DNA of 38,676 nucleotides from Candidatus Brocadiia bacterium. Its GTDB lineage: Bacteria; Planctomycetota; Brocadiia; SM23-32. Position 1 is the first letter of the stretch. Each line of letters starts with the position of its first letter. Below, piece by piece: positions 9,561 through 18,763 of the stretch. The notes beneath the pieces are model-generated. The model made no database searches and was not told the DNA's origin. It saw only the letters and a program-made list of their open reading frames with translations. The position numbers and the translations under genes were made by a program. The DNA lies in NCBI GenBank assembly GCA_046538485.1, contig JBKHIT010000049.1, forward strand, positions 1 to 38,676, in the 5' to 3' direction.

Positions 9561-9640
9561 GGGGATGCTCGTAATGATGGGGAAAAAGAGGTGAGTGAGG
9601 TTCCCTGGAGCTCACACAACAACTCCACTCCTCACCCTGT

Positions 9641-9669
9641 ACTTTACCCAAATGGCAAGGCAGAGTCAA
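9641..9669 (-). promoter_or_regulatory. Candidate sigma70 promoter for the panD gene run
   Basis: TTGACT-N17-TAAAGT on the minus strand (-35 at 9664-9669, -10 at 9641-9646). Confidence 0.5.
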
Positions 9670-9684
9670 TTTAATGTTTGGAGA

Positions 9685-11535
9685 TCATTCTTGCATGTGT
9701 TCCAAAATCCGCCGTGCGAGACGTTCCGAGACACCTTTCACTTCCGCCAGCTCATCAATACCCGCTTCAGCCACCCTCTGGAGAGTCTTAAAACGATCGA
9801 TAATCCGTCCCGCAAGACGCTGCCCGATTCCCGACACCTCCATCAAAGGAGACTCAAAAGCACCCTTGCGGCGGAGCGTGCGGTGATAGGAAATCGCGAA
9901 CCTGTGCGCCTCGTCCCGCACGCGGGTAACCAGTCGATAACCGGCAGTTTCCTCGGCGAGATTTATCGGTTCGGATTGCCCGGGCAGAAAAATCCGCTCC
10001 CCTTTTTCCTGCTCACCTTTTCGTACGCGCGCTTTTGCCAATCCTATCATGTCTGGTCTCTCAATACCCAGCCCCTCAAGAGCGGACAGGCCTGCATTCA
10101 ACTGGCCTATCCCCCCATCCAGCACGATGAGATCGGGCAGTTCCTGCTGCCAGACAGGTCCTGATTGCTCGGCCACATGCCGGTATCGACGCCTGACAAC
10201 TTCCCGCATCATCGCAAAGTCGTCTTGCCCTTCAACTTCGCGTATTTTGTAGCGCCTATAACGATCTTTCACCGGGGCACCGCCCCGAAAAGCAACCATG
10301 GAACCCACAGCCTGATGTCCCTGGAGGTTCGATATATCGAAACATTCGATCGTCCGCGGAGGATTTTCAAGCCCCGCCGTCTCTCGCAGCGACTCTATCT
10401 CCTGCTGTCGTTTTTCTCCCTGCGTGCTTGAGATTCGTTCCGCTTCCCGGGCATTACGATTCGCGAGTTCAACCAGACGCTTTTTGGCCCCCCTTTGAGG
10501 ACAAGCAACTTTCACTTTTCTTCCCTTTTCCTCGCTGAGCCAGGACTTGAGCAAATCGCTATCCTCAGTAGACACCGGCAGCAGAATCTCCTCTGGTATA
10601 AACCGGTTCGCCGAATAAAACTGGTTCAAAAACGACCGAAAAACCTCTTCTTTCTCGGCGTAACTTCTCGAAAAATGATACGTCCCAACATCCTGAAGAT
10701 TCCCGCTCCGCACAAAGAGAATAGCAACCCATAGCGTATCTTCTGTTGCATGGAGGCCAAAAATATCGCGATCTATTTCCTCCATCGACGACGCGACTTG
10801 CTGTTTCTGGAGAGTTTCTTCAACAGCTTCAATTCTGTCGCGAATCCGGGCAGCTTTTTCAAAATTTAATTTCTCGGCCGCTGCTTTCATTTCCGCGCGT
10901 AGCTGATCGATAAGATCCTCATTTTTGCCACGGAGAAACAACTTAACCTCTTCCAGTAACTCCGCGTATTCTTCTCCGGACACATTACACATACAGGGAG
11001 CCAGACATTTCCCCATCTGGCCGTACACACACGGTCGCCCGGCTCTGCGGCACTGCTGAAGGGAACATTTACGCAAAGGGAAAACATCCTGTATTACACG
11101 GAGGGTCTTTCGTGCTGATTTCGCGCTGGCATAGGGACCAAAATAAACTGCACCTTCATCCTCGATCCTGCGCGTAACGACCGGCCGCGGCCATGGTTCG
11201 TCCGTACGGATCTTTATGCTTACAAAACTCTTATCGTCCCGGAAAAGAACATTGTATTTAGGGCGAAACTGCTTGATGAAGTTGTTCTCGAGGATGAGCG
11301 CTTCTTTTTCCGATCCCGCAACAACCACGTCAATATCATCCACTTCTTCGATCTGCTCGGTGATGAGACGCCGCTCCCCCGCGGCATATTTGAAATAGCT
11401 TCTAACCCTTGCCCGCAGGTCTTTTGCTTTCCCGATATAGATAACCTCCCCTCGCTGGTCTTTCATCAGATAGACCCCGGGCTCCGTTGGGAATTGAGCG
11501 GTTTTTTTCGCGAGCAATTTTTCTTTTTGATTCAT
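9685..11535 (-). CDS. uvrC: Excinuclease ABC subunit C
   Basis: GIY-YIG N-terminus (PGVYLM...IYIGKAKDLRARVRSYF), UVR domain, IECFDISN, DGGIGQL, RDEAHRFA and C-terminal HhH. Confidence 0.97.
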   Translation of the reverse strand: MNQKEKLLAKKTAQFPTEPGVYLMKDQRGEVIYIGKAKDLRARVRSYFKYAAGERRLITEQIEEVDDIDVVVAGSEKEALILENNFIKQFRPKYNVLFRDDKSFVSIKIRTDEPWPRPVVTRRIEDEGAVYFGPYASAKSARKTLRVIQDVFPLRKCSLQQCRRAGRPCVYGQMGKCLAPCMCNVSGEEYAELLEEVKLFLRGKNEDLIDQLRAEMKAAAEKLNFEKAARIRDRIEAVEETLQKQQVASSMEEIDRDIFGLHATEDTLWVAILFVRSGNLQDVGTYHFSRSYAEKEEVFRSFLNQFYSANRFIPEEILLPVSTEDSDLLKSWLSEEKGRKVKVACPQRGAKKRLVELANRNAREAERISSTQGEKRQQEIESLRETAGLENPPRTIECFDISNLQGHQAVGSMVAFRGGAPVKDRYRRYKIREVEGQDDFAMMREVVRRRYRHVAEQSGPVWQQELPDLIVLDGGIGQLNAGLSALEGLGIERPDMIGLAKARVRKGEQEKGERIFLPGQSEPINLAEETAGYRLVTRVRDEAHRFAISYHRTLRRKGAFESPLMEVSGIGQRLAGRIIDRFKTLQRVAEAGIDELAEVKGVSERLARRILEHMQE

Positions 11536-11685
11536 TGTCTTCCGGAACTCGACGACTCAAGGGAGGAACCTCCATGATAAGAAATCCCACCGCAACCGTC
11601 GAGGCGCAAACACTTTCCTTGAAAATTGAGCATAATCAGGGTATCGTTTTACGCAACGATTCGATAGCATCCTTTTGAAGGAGAA

Positions 11686-12612
11686 ATGGCGATGCGACGT
11701 GGTTTCTTGGCGGTTCTTGTAATCTGCTGCGTTTTTTTGAGTTTCCACGCCCGGCCGCTCTCAGCCGACGAAATTCCAGCCGATGCGCGCTCGTGGTCAT
11801 CAGCCGTTTTGGGAGCCGAAGGGCTCTATGCAGGCGCCCTCCCGGCGCCAGGCTGGCATGCTATCAATTACGTGGAGTACTACCAGACGCATAAGTTAAA
11901 AGGACGAAAAGGGCGCGAAGTCGACATGCCTCCGGACTACGAAGCAAGTGTCTGGGCCGAATGTCTGCGCGCCGTTTATGTCGCTGACACGAAGTTTTTG
12001 GGCGCCACTCCTGCATGGCACGCTATCGTTCCGGTTGTTAACCGCCGGGATAGCACGGATATCATCCGTGATAACGAAAGTGGGCTCGGTGATATCTACG
12101 TCAGCCCCCTAATTCTCGGTTGGCACAATCCTCCATGGCACTATGTCTTAGGATTGGATGTAATTATGCCAACCGGCGAATACTATCCGGATGATTTCGT
12201 CACAATCGGCCACAACCACTGGACCTTCGAACCGGCTTTCGCGTTCAGCTATATCGGCAAGAACGGTTTCACCGGTTCCGCCAAAATAATGTACGATTAC
12301 CACACCGAAGATAACGATATCGATTACGAAGAGGGGCAACAGATCCATATCGATTACCACGCTGGCTATTCTTTCGGCGAAAATCGTGCCTGGACGGCGG
12401 GCCTTACCGGTTATTATCTGCGGAGCCTGGAAGAAGACACCTTCAACAGCAATTCAGTGGACAGCTCAGAAGAAGAGGTCCTCGCTGTTGGCCCCAGCAT
12501 CGCCTATAAATGGGAAGATTATCTGTTTGAACTGAAGATCCAGCAAGAAATCAGAGCGAAAAATCGTCCGAAAGGGACCGCCGCCTGGCTGAAATTCACC
12601 TATTCGTTCTGA
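11686..12612 (+). CDS. Outer-membrane beta-barrel, SphA/COG4313 (phenol MetA-degradation-associated) family
   Basis: Signal peptide; GAEG...GALPAPG, SGLGDIYVSP, PTGEY and GHNHWTFEP motifs; C-terminal aromatic barrel signal KFTYSF. Confidence 0.8.
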   Translation: MAMRRGFLAVLVICCVFLSFHARPLSADEIPADARSWSSAVLGAEGLYAGALPAPGWHAINYVEYYQTHKLKGRKGREVDMPPDYEASVWAECLRAVYVADTKFLGATPAWHAIVPVVNRRDSTDIIRDNESGLGDIYVSPLILGWHNPPWHYVLGLDVIMPTGEYYPDDFVTIGHNHWTFEPAFAFSYIGKNGFTGSAKIMYDYHTEDNDIDYEEGQQIHIDYHAGYSFGENRAWTAGLTGYYLRSLEEDTFNSNSVDSSEEEVLAVGPSIAYKWEDYLFELKIQQEIRAKNRPKGTAAWLKFTYSF

Positions 12613-12701
12613 ACAAAACAATTTCGGACTGCCATCCTTCATTTTTGTGCGTTTCCAACGGCGCACACAATCTGATGCCATCAACACGGCATGGATTCGG
12701 G

Positions 12702-13799
12702 ATGAAACTGTCACCGAGAAAACTGTTCAATTGCGCGATGAATTTTGAGTGCCCGGGGCGAACCCTTGCGACACTCGGGGGTATCTGGGCCAGCACACTC
12801 AATCGCTGGGTCCAAGAGGGGATGCCGCCCAACCTCAAAGAAATGCCGAAAATGGTGGAATATTTCGACCTCGATCCCCATATCTGGACCGGGCCGTCGG
12901 CCCAGCTTTTCGTCTACCCACCCTTCGAGCACAAAATCGTGCGGGAAACCGACACAAAAGTTACCTATGTCAACCACGCGGGGATCGTCTGCACGGAATT
13001 CAAAAAAGACGCCTACAAAAGTATGCCCCATTTCGAATCGTACCCCGTCAAAAACCGAAAAGACTGGACCGAATACCGCAAACGACTCCGGTGGGACCCC
13101 GACCGAATCGGTGATAAGTGGGAACAGCAAAAACGGCAGTGGGCGGAGCGCGACACTCCGCTTATCCTCTACCTGGACCGACTCGCCAGCCTCTACGGGT
13201 CCCTGCGCGATATGGTCGGCACGACCCAGCTGTCCATGCTTTTCTACGATGACCCTGAACTGGTCGAAGAGATGATGGATACAGTCACTGAACTTTTCGA
13301 GCAGCTCATCCCCGTCCTGTTCGCGGATTTTGTCCCGGATGCAGTATGCATGTGGGAAGACATGGCCTTCAAAAACGGCCCGCTCGTCAGCCCAAAACTG
13401 GTCCGACAATTCATGCTGCCCCGCTATCGCCGCATGACGGAGATTTTACGTGATATCGGCGTACCCATCATCCTCCTGGACAGCGATGGTAATGTCGGAG
13501 AGCTGATCCCCATCTGGCTGGAGGCCGATATAGATGGCGTTGTGCCCATGGAAGTGCAGGCCGGCATGGATGTCGATCGTTATCGTCAAAAATACCCCGA
13601 ACTGCTTATAATGGGAGGCGTCGATAAAAAGGCCCTGGCCGCGGGGCCGGACGCAATCGACGCTGAAATGGAGAAAATCGAATGCACGATCGCCAGCGGC
13701 GGGTACGTGCCCTTCTTCGATCATGGTCTCCCCCATGACGTGAGCTACGACAATTTTCTTTATTTTGTGCAACGTTTGAAAGAAACCGTCCGGCTGTGA
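12702..13799 (+). CDS. Uroporphyrinogen decarboxylase (URO-D/MtaA-like) superfamily protein
   Basis: WEDMAFKNGPLVSP, LDSDGNV, PMEVQAGMD, MGGVDK and GGYVPFFDH. Start moved to ATG 12702 (MKLSPR); function unresolved. Confidence 0.8.
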   Translation: MKLSPRKLFNCAMNFECPGRTLATLGGIWASTLNRWVQEGMPPNLKEMPKMVEYFDLDPHIWTGPSAQLFVYPPFEHKIVRETDTKVTYVNHAGIVCTEFKKDAYKSMPHFESYPVKNRKDWTEYRKRLRWDPDRIGDKWEQQKRQWAERDTPLILYLDRLASLYGSLRDMVGTTQLSMLFYDDPELVEEMMDTVTELFEQLIPVLFADFVPDAVCMWEDMAFKNGPLVSPKLVRQFMLPRYRRMTEILRDIGVPIILLDSDGNVGELIPIWLEADIDGVVPMEVQAGMDVDRYRQKYPELLIMGGVDKKALAAGPDAIDAEMEKIECTIASGGYVPFFDHGLPHDVSYDNFLYFVQRLKETVRL

Positions 13800-14375
13800 A
13801 CGGAACACCCCTGAAGTGTGTCTTGCTCCTCCTGCACGCCCTGTTTCTCCTGATTTTCGCGCCTTGTGGCAGACCAAACGACCCTCCCGACATATCCAAA
13901 CCCAACGCGCCCAATCGGCGCACTCCGGCAACTCAACCTCAGTCGAACCGGTATCACCGACAGCGGTCTTGCGCTCCTTCGACATCTCAGAAAACTGCGC
14001 GCTTTGAATATCAGCAACACGGCCGTGACTGACCGCGGTATGCAGCAGATCGCTTTGCTCTCCGAACTGCGTTCTCTTAACCTCAGCCGGACCGAAATTA
14101 ACGGCCGAGCGATGAACCAGCTCAAACAGCTGCGCAATCTGCAGGATCTGAACTTGAATTTCTCAAGGATCGACGACCGGGCACTGAATGACATTGCAAG
14201 TCTGGGCAAGCTGGAGAAATTGTATCTCCAGAAAACCGGCATCACCAACCGGGGCTTGCTGCAACTGCGGGATCTTCCGAACCTGCGCAAAATCGGCGTC
14301 TGGGGCACGGACGTCACCAGAGACGGAATCGAAAAAACCCGCTGAGCCCGACCGCAACTGGAAGTCATCCACTGA
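13796..14375 (+). pseudogene. Disrupted secreted leucine-rich repeat protein
   Basis: A signal-like leader (VLLLLHALFLLIFAPC) from GTG 13796 is out of frame with six 24-aa LRRs (13866 frame). An in-frame TGA at 14343 precedes ARPQLEVIH*, which resembles the C-terminus SHPGLEVPH* of the LRR gene at 32741. Confidence 0.7.
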
Positions 14376-14965
14376 GTCGCAGGTTGAACCATATGTTTCA
14401 ACCTGCCGGGCAACTCCCACACACCCTGGAAGATACCCCACCCTTGCGGAGGGAGGGCTCCCGCTTATGGAACGGTTTCCGGTGCCTGCAGCAAAAACCT
14501 AACGATCGTCGGGAACAAGCCCGGCGGATTTGTAAGCGAGCGGAGACCCGCGAGCGGACTGGACTTCAGCCGGAGGCTGGAGTTCAGAACGCGGACCATA
14601 AACCGACAGGTCTCGGAGCAAAACAGCAGAACGACCAACGGCAGCTCCGCCTCAACGATGCGGACCGACAGCTACCTGGCATTTCACGGCATTTGTCCGC
14701 CTCAAGTCCCCCTTCGTCCGCCTGAGCGGACTCAGCTGAACTCGAGTCTACACGATACGCGGTCGAGAACCGCAGTTACAAGATGACAGAATCATTGACA
14801 CTAAACATGAGGTTTATGTCACGACAACCTCTAAAGCCTTTTCCGAAGGAAACTTAAGGAATTTGCATCCGGTCCGACGGCAGAGTCCGCCGGGATTCTC
14901 GGGGAATGTCCGGCTACCGGGCAGCGAAAAGACCGACAGCGCAAATTCCTCCCGATATTAAAATC

Positions 14966-15007
14966 TTGATTCCCGTCCGTTCAGGAGGTATTATAATTGT
15001 TAACAAT
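14966..15007 (+). promoter_or_regulatory. Candidate promoter with overlapping palindromic operator upstream of the prepilin-like genes
   Basis: TTGATT-N17-TATTAT (overlapping TATAAT at 14992-14997) followed by the perfect palindrome ATTGTTAACAAT at 14996-15007. Confidence 0.45.
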
Positions 15008-15134
15008 CCGAACGATAAGGCTCCCGGGCAGTGGAACGGAGAGGTTGGCATTCCGGGACAGTCCGGGCACGTAATAAATAGAGCGTCCTGTTATCGCAAG
15101 CAGATCGGCAAAAGTTCCGAAAAGGAGGCGTGCC

Positions 15135-16241
15135 ATGTCTATCGTTTGGAATATTTTATGGGTTGGGCGGGACACTGGTGACACGCCGCAAGGCGAGTCC
15201 GGCGGTTTGGAAACGGCATCCGGTTATGAAAGCAATTTAGCGTTCAGGAAAATCAACCGGGATGCCGGTTCACTTGGGTTCACTCTGATTGAGCTCCTCG
15301 TCGTCATCGCGATTATTGCCATCCTCGCTGCTATGCTCATGCCGGCTTTGGAAAGGGCACGGGAAGCGGCACGCACAGTCGCGTGCAAGGCTCCGATGAA
15401 GAACATTGGCCTTGCTTTCGTGATGTATCAAAATGATAACAATGGAATGATGCCGATCCCAAAAGATGAGACAAAATTAAGCCATTGGGACATTTCGGCG
15501 ACCGAACCTCTGGCAAACAATCCGTCCCCTCCAGCTACCGGCGGAAATGGTCCTGCTGCCAACATGCTGGATGGGCTTATCTATGCAGGTCTGTTAGAAG
15601 AAGCAACATTCCGCTGTGCAGCGCATCCGGGCACAGCCCGGGCGGGAACCGGATGGTTTGACTATAAAACCCATCGGCCGCAACATTATCAGGTGAACGA
15701 GGTAATTTATGAATCCTGGACTTCCCCGATGGGTCTTCTTTTGCAGGAGGGGGGTGACTTTGACAAAGATGAACCATGGCCCATTACGCTGATCAGCTAC
15801 GCTTCCCAGGGGGTGCTGGTTGCCGACTCAATGGCTGGGCCCGGTTGGTCGCCCAAAGGTATTAATCCGCAGGGCGGCGGCCATACAACTGAACATGCAT
15901 CGGGCACGGGCGGCGATCCTCCACGGCAAGCTATATACCGGCATGGGGGAGGGGATTCGTGGAACTTCCTGTTTTTCGATGGGCACGTCGATACGCGTTT
16001 CCCCAAGCGCGGGAGTGATAGTAGCCCCTGGAAAGATGTCATTTTCGACGGCGAGATCTTTGTTAGTGCGGCAAAAGATGGGCCTTACTATCCGAATGCC
16101 TGGGGGAATGTTGGCAAGTGCAACATCTACTTCCAGCCTGACGGCTCTGAGCCAAGCATTCTCAAAAGCGGCCCCACGCCGTTCTGGCGGCCCTGGAAGA
16201 GCAACGCTAATGGAATCGACCGTGGACCCTGGGCATACTGA
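15135..16241 (+). CDS. Prepilin-type N-terminal cleavage/methylation protein with H-X9-DG-like C-terminal motif (DUF1559-like)
   Basis: [63 protein letters not shown]. Confidence 0.9.
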   Translation: MSIVWNILWVGRDTGDTPQGESGGLETASGYESNLAFRKINRDAGSLGFTLIELLVVIAIIAILAAMLMPALERAREAARTVACKAPMKNIGLAFVMYQNDNNGMMPIPKDETKLSHWDISATEPLANNPSPPATGGNGPAANMLDGLIYAGLLEEATFRCAAHPGTARAGTGWFDYKTHRPQHYQVNEVIYESWTSPMGLLLQEGGDFDKDEPWPITLISYASQGVLVADSMAGPGWSPKGINPQGGGHTTEHASGTGGDPPRQAIYRHGGGDSWNFLFFDGHVDTRFPKRGSDSSPWKDVIFDGEIFVSAAKDGPYYPNAWGNVGKCNIYFQPDGSEPSILKSGPTPFWRPWKSNANGIDRGPWAY

Positions 16242-16362
16242 TCGTTGGAACTGTGGCTTAAGGAGACAAACCTGCTGGGTACGCCGCCATCGGGCTTTTT
16301 CGCCAACTTGAACACGGCTGATTTCGATCACAAAGTTATCCTTACGATCGGGGAAAATAACT

Positions 16363-17406
16363 GTGGAAGGTATAGAAGCTAACAACAGCCGCGCCTTCAC
16401 CCTCATTGAACTCCTCGTCGTCATCGCGATCATTGCCATCCTGGCGGCGATGTTGATGCCGGCGTTGGAGAAGGCGCGCGAAGCGGCTCGGCAGTCCGTT
16501 TGTATGGCAAATGTGAAACAGCAATTGACAGCTATCTCAACCGAAAGTGTTGATGCGGAAGGGATCGTCAGCGGAAAAGTGGCCTGGGAGGCTGTGGCGG
16601 ATGAGCTCAATATTACGAATCAGAGCGAATGGAATATCCCAGGATATGACCCGGATCCAAACTGGACCGGGCCGGATGCCGGGGCACACGTAAATTATGC
16701 CTGGTGGCTGCTTCGCGGCGCTTACGCGACCCGGGGGATTTTCCGGTGTCCGATCGATAGACGCCCCAAACAAACTGAGTGTGAATGGCCGGGCGAGGAC
16801 TTTTTCTATGCGCCTGATTCGGATTGGGGTTTTACCAGTTACGGAACGAACCTCTATTGGACCGGCACCAATCCTTACCAGGATAATGGTGCTGCGGCTG
16901 GTTCTTCCGAGAGCGAAGACCGAACCCATCTGTCAGCTGCCCGGTGGACCAGCGGCGCTGCTGGTCTGAGCGGCTCCGGCAAAGCCATTGGGGCTTCCCG
17001 TATGCCAATTATTACAGCAGCTCGATATGGTCAGAAAGGGCTTGTGTGTTCACAGTGGGAAATCGGTCAATGGTATGATGCGCACCCCGCAACATGGCCT
17101 CTGGATCAACGCTCTTGCAGCGCCGGCTACTCGTTGCTCTCGGGAGAATGGGATGCCAAAACTTTTAACAAGGCCGGCACCCCGGTTGACGAAAGCTCCG
17201 GGGAGTTCATTCAGATGTTCGACCGCTTTGGCAGTTTTGGATGGGAAGAAGCCGGGCAGAACCTGGGATTTCTTGATGGCCATGTCGATTATGAGACGGA
17301 TCTGAGACCTCACGTCTTTTCACCAAATAACAGTGGAAACGGCGCGCTTTGGGTAAGCAGTGGACATCCTCAATGGAATAGCTGGCCAAACCCACGTCAC
17401 CCTTGA
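16363..17406 (+). CDS. Prepilin-type N-terminal cleavage/methylation protein (DUF1559/H-X9-DG-like)
   Basis: [53 protein letters not shown]. Confidence 0.9.
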   Translation: MEGIEANNSRAFTLIELLVVIAIIAILAAMLMPALEKAREAARQSVCMANVKQQLTAISTESVDAEGIVSGKVAWEAVADELNITNQSEWNIPGYDPDPNWTGPDAGAHVNYAWWLLRGAYATRGIFRCPIDRRPKQTECEWPGEDFFYAPDSDWGFTSYGTNLYWTGTNPYQDNGAAAGSSESEDRTHLSAARWTSGAAGLSGSGKAIGASRMPIITAARYGQKGLVCSQWEIGQWYDAHPATWPLDQRSCSAGYSLLSGEWDAKTFNKAGTPVDESSGEFIQMFDRFGSFGWEEAGQNLGFLDGHVDYETDLRPHVFSPNNSGNGALWVSSGHPQWNSWPNPRHP

Positions 17407-17525
17407 AGTGTCTTGTTCGTTGCTCCAAAACCATATCCAGACCGGAAGGTCACAATACGGCAGCTGGGCGGAGAAATCCAGGACCACGTTCTTAAATCCG
17501 TCCGGTCGCCCCCGACTGTCCCCGC

Positions 17526-18500
17526 TTAACGATCCCAACCGGACATGTTGACAGCAGGACCGACGAGTTCATTCCCTTGCCACAACGGCACATTGGAGGC
17601 CGGCCAGTTCGCGGTGTTCTTCTCATGAAGAGGCATGAGTCTGTCTGAACGACGCGATTCGACGTGTCCGGCAAAGAACAAGCATTGCTTGTGCCATCCG
17701 GCAGAATTGTCCCCTGTGCATCTGCATAGTAACCGCCCCCGCTATGCCGCATCGGGTAGGCAGCGGGGAAATTGTATATGCCAACCCCGCCCGGCGGCGG
17801 ACCCGCGCCCCAGCCATCTGTGGAATTTACCCAATCCTCAGCCTTCGTCCCCGTATCGGAAGCATTGTCCATAAGCAGCATGCTGCGTTCTGGCCACCAA
17901 ATGTAAGTGCGCGGCATACCGTCATTAATGCCGATCTCATCGTGGTATTTAGAGGGGTCGAAATCTCCCGCTATATTTTTGCGGAAGAATGATTTATTAT
18001 CAAAATACTCGTATGCCCACTCGGACGGATTACTGAGATCACCGAGTCTATGCCCCGACCAGAAACCACTCATCGCGTATCCGGGGTTGCCGGGATTGCC
18101 GCTGTCGTCTTGTCCGTCCCATGATGCGCACGTCCAGAGCGCGACGTTGCTGTACCCTTCGGCTATCAGTGCGTCAGCATAGAAAGGAGGTGCGTTGTTA
18201 CCGGTCTGGCCGTGAACCGCATTGAATGCACTGGGCTGACTGAAACCGTTGCCCGAACCGAACGGTCGTCTCGGAGGTAGCACATCATTGTGACTGTTGG
18301 CGTACAGCTCATAGGAAAGCCCAATATCCTTAAGGTGCGCAGTGCAGGCCGTCCGCCGAGCGGCTTCGCGAGCACTCTGTAACGCCGGCATGAGCATCGC
18401 CGCCAGAATGGCTATGATGGCGATCACGACCAGCAACTCGATCAAGGGTGAAAGCACTTCGGATCTCAAATCTCCTGATTCTCTTACTCGCCATTTCCAT
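17526..18500 (-). pseudogene. Third prepilin-type/H-X9-DG-like gene with two frameshifts
   Basis: ATG 18500 reads [18 protein letters not shown], then one extra C (18446-18448) precedes [23 protein letters not shown] missing base at about 17682 hides [12 protein letters not shown]...SGWDR* (stop 17526-17528). Confidence 0.8.
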
Positions 18501-18674
18501 CCCCCGTGAATTCGATAAGACTATAACATGTAAATGGACTCAGCGCCTCATCGTTTCAACCGTTGTAGAACTCTTTTTGCGGCCCTTACTGAGCTTGTGA
18601 ACCCTGACACCGCAACTTTAATCGCAGGGTCAGCGCCTAAATTCGGATATCATTATAAAACACATCGTGCTACT

Positions 18675-18701
18675 ATTATACAATTTTTAGGGAAGTGTCA
18701 A
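18675..18701 (-). promoter_or_regulatory. Candidate promoter for the third prepilin-like gene
   Basis: TTGACA-N15-TATAAT on the minus strand; consensus hexamers but a short spacer. Confidence 0.35.
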
Positions 18702-18763
18702 CATTTTTCCCAATTTCGCTGCTATCCGTCCGTCAATTGCCGATCTGTCAAAGTAAAGCTAAC

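Noticed and set aside
12702..13799. Assigning the symbol hemE
   Set aside because: It lacks the HemE N-terminal W-x-M-R-Q-A-G-R motif.
14343..14345. In-frame TGA as selenocysteine or alternative genetic code
   Set aside because: It is not a Cys-homologous position, the gene is also frameshifted, and TGA serves as a normal stop elsewhere in the window.
14384..14725. 113-aa ORF in the intergenic region
   Set aside because: No SD or recognisable motif, and it overlaps hairpin repeats.
15105..15135. GGCAAAA..CCGAAAAGG resembling the first stem of a c-di-GMP-I riboswitch (also GGGCCGCAAAA near 18580)
   Set aside because: Each site has only part of the motif; the second stem and required spacing are missing.
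15135..18500. Diversity-generating retroelement acting on the pilin-like genes
   Set aside because: No template/variable repeat pair differing at adenines was seen; the only retroelement is a bona fide group II intron.
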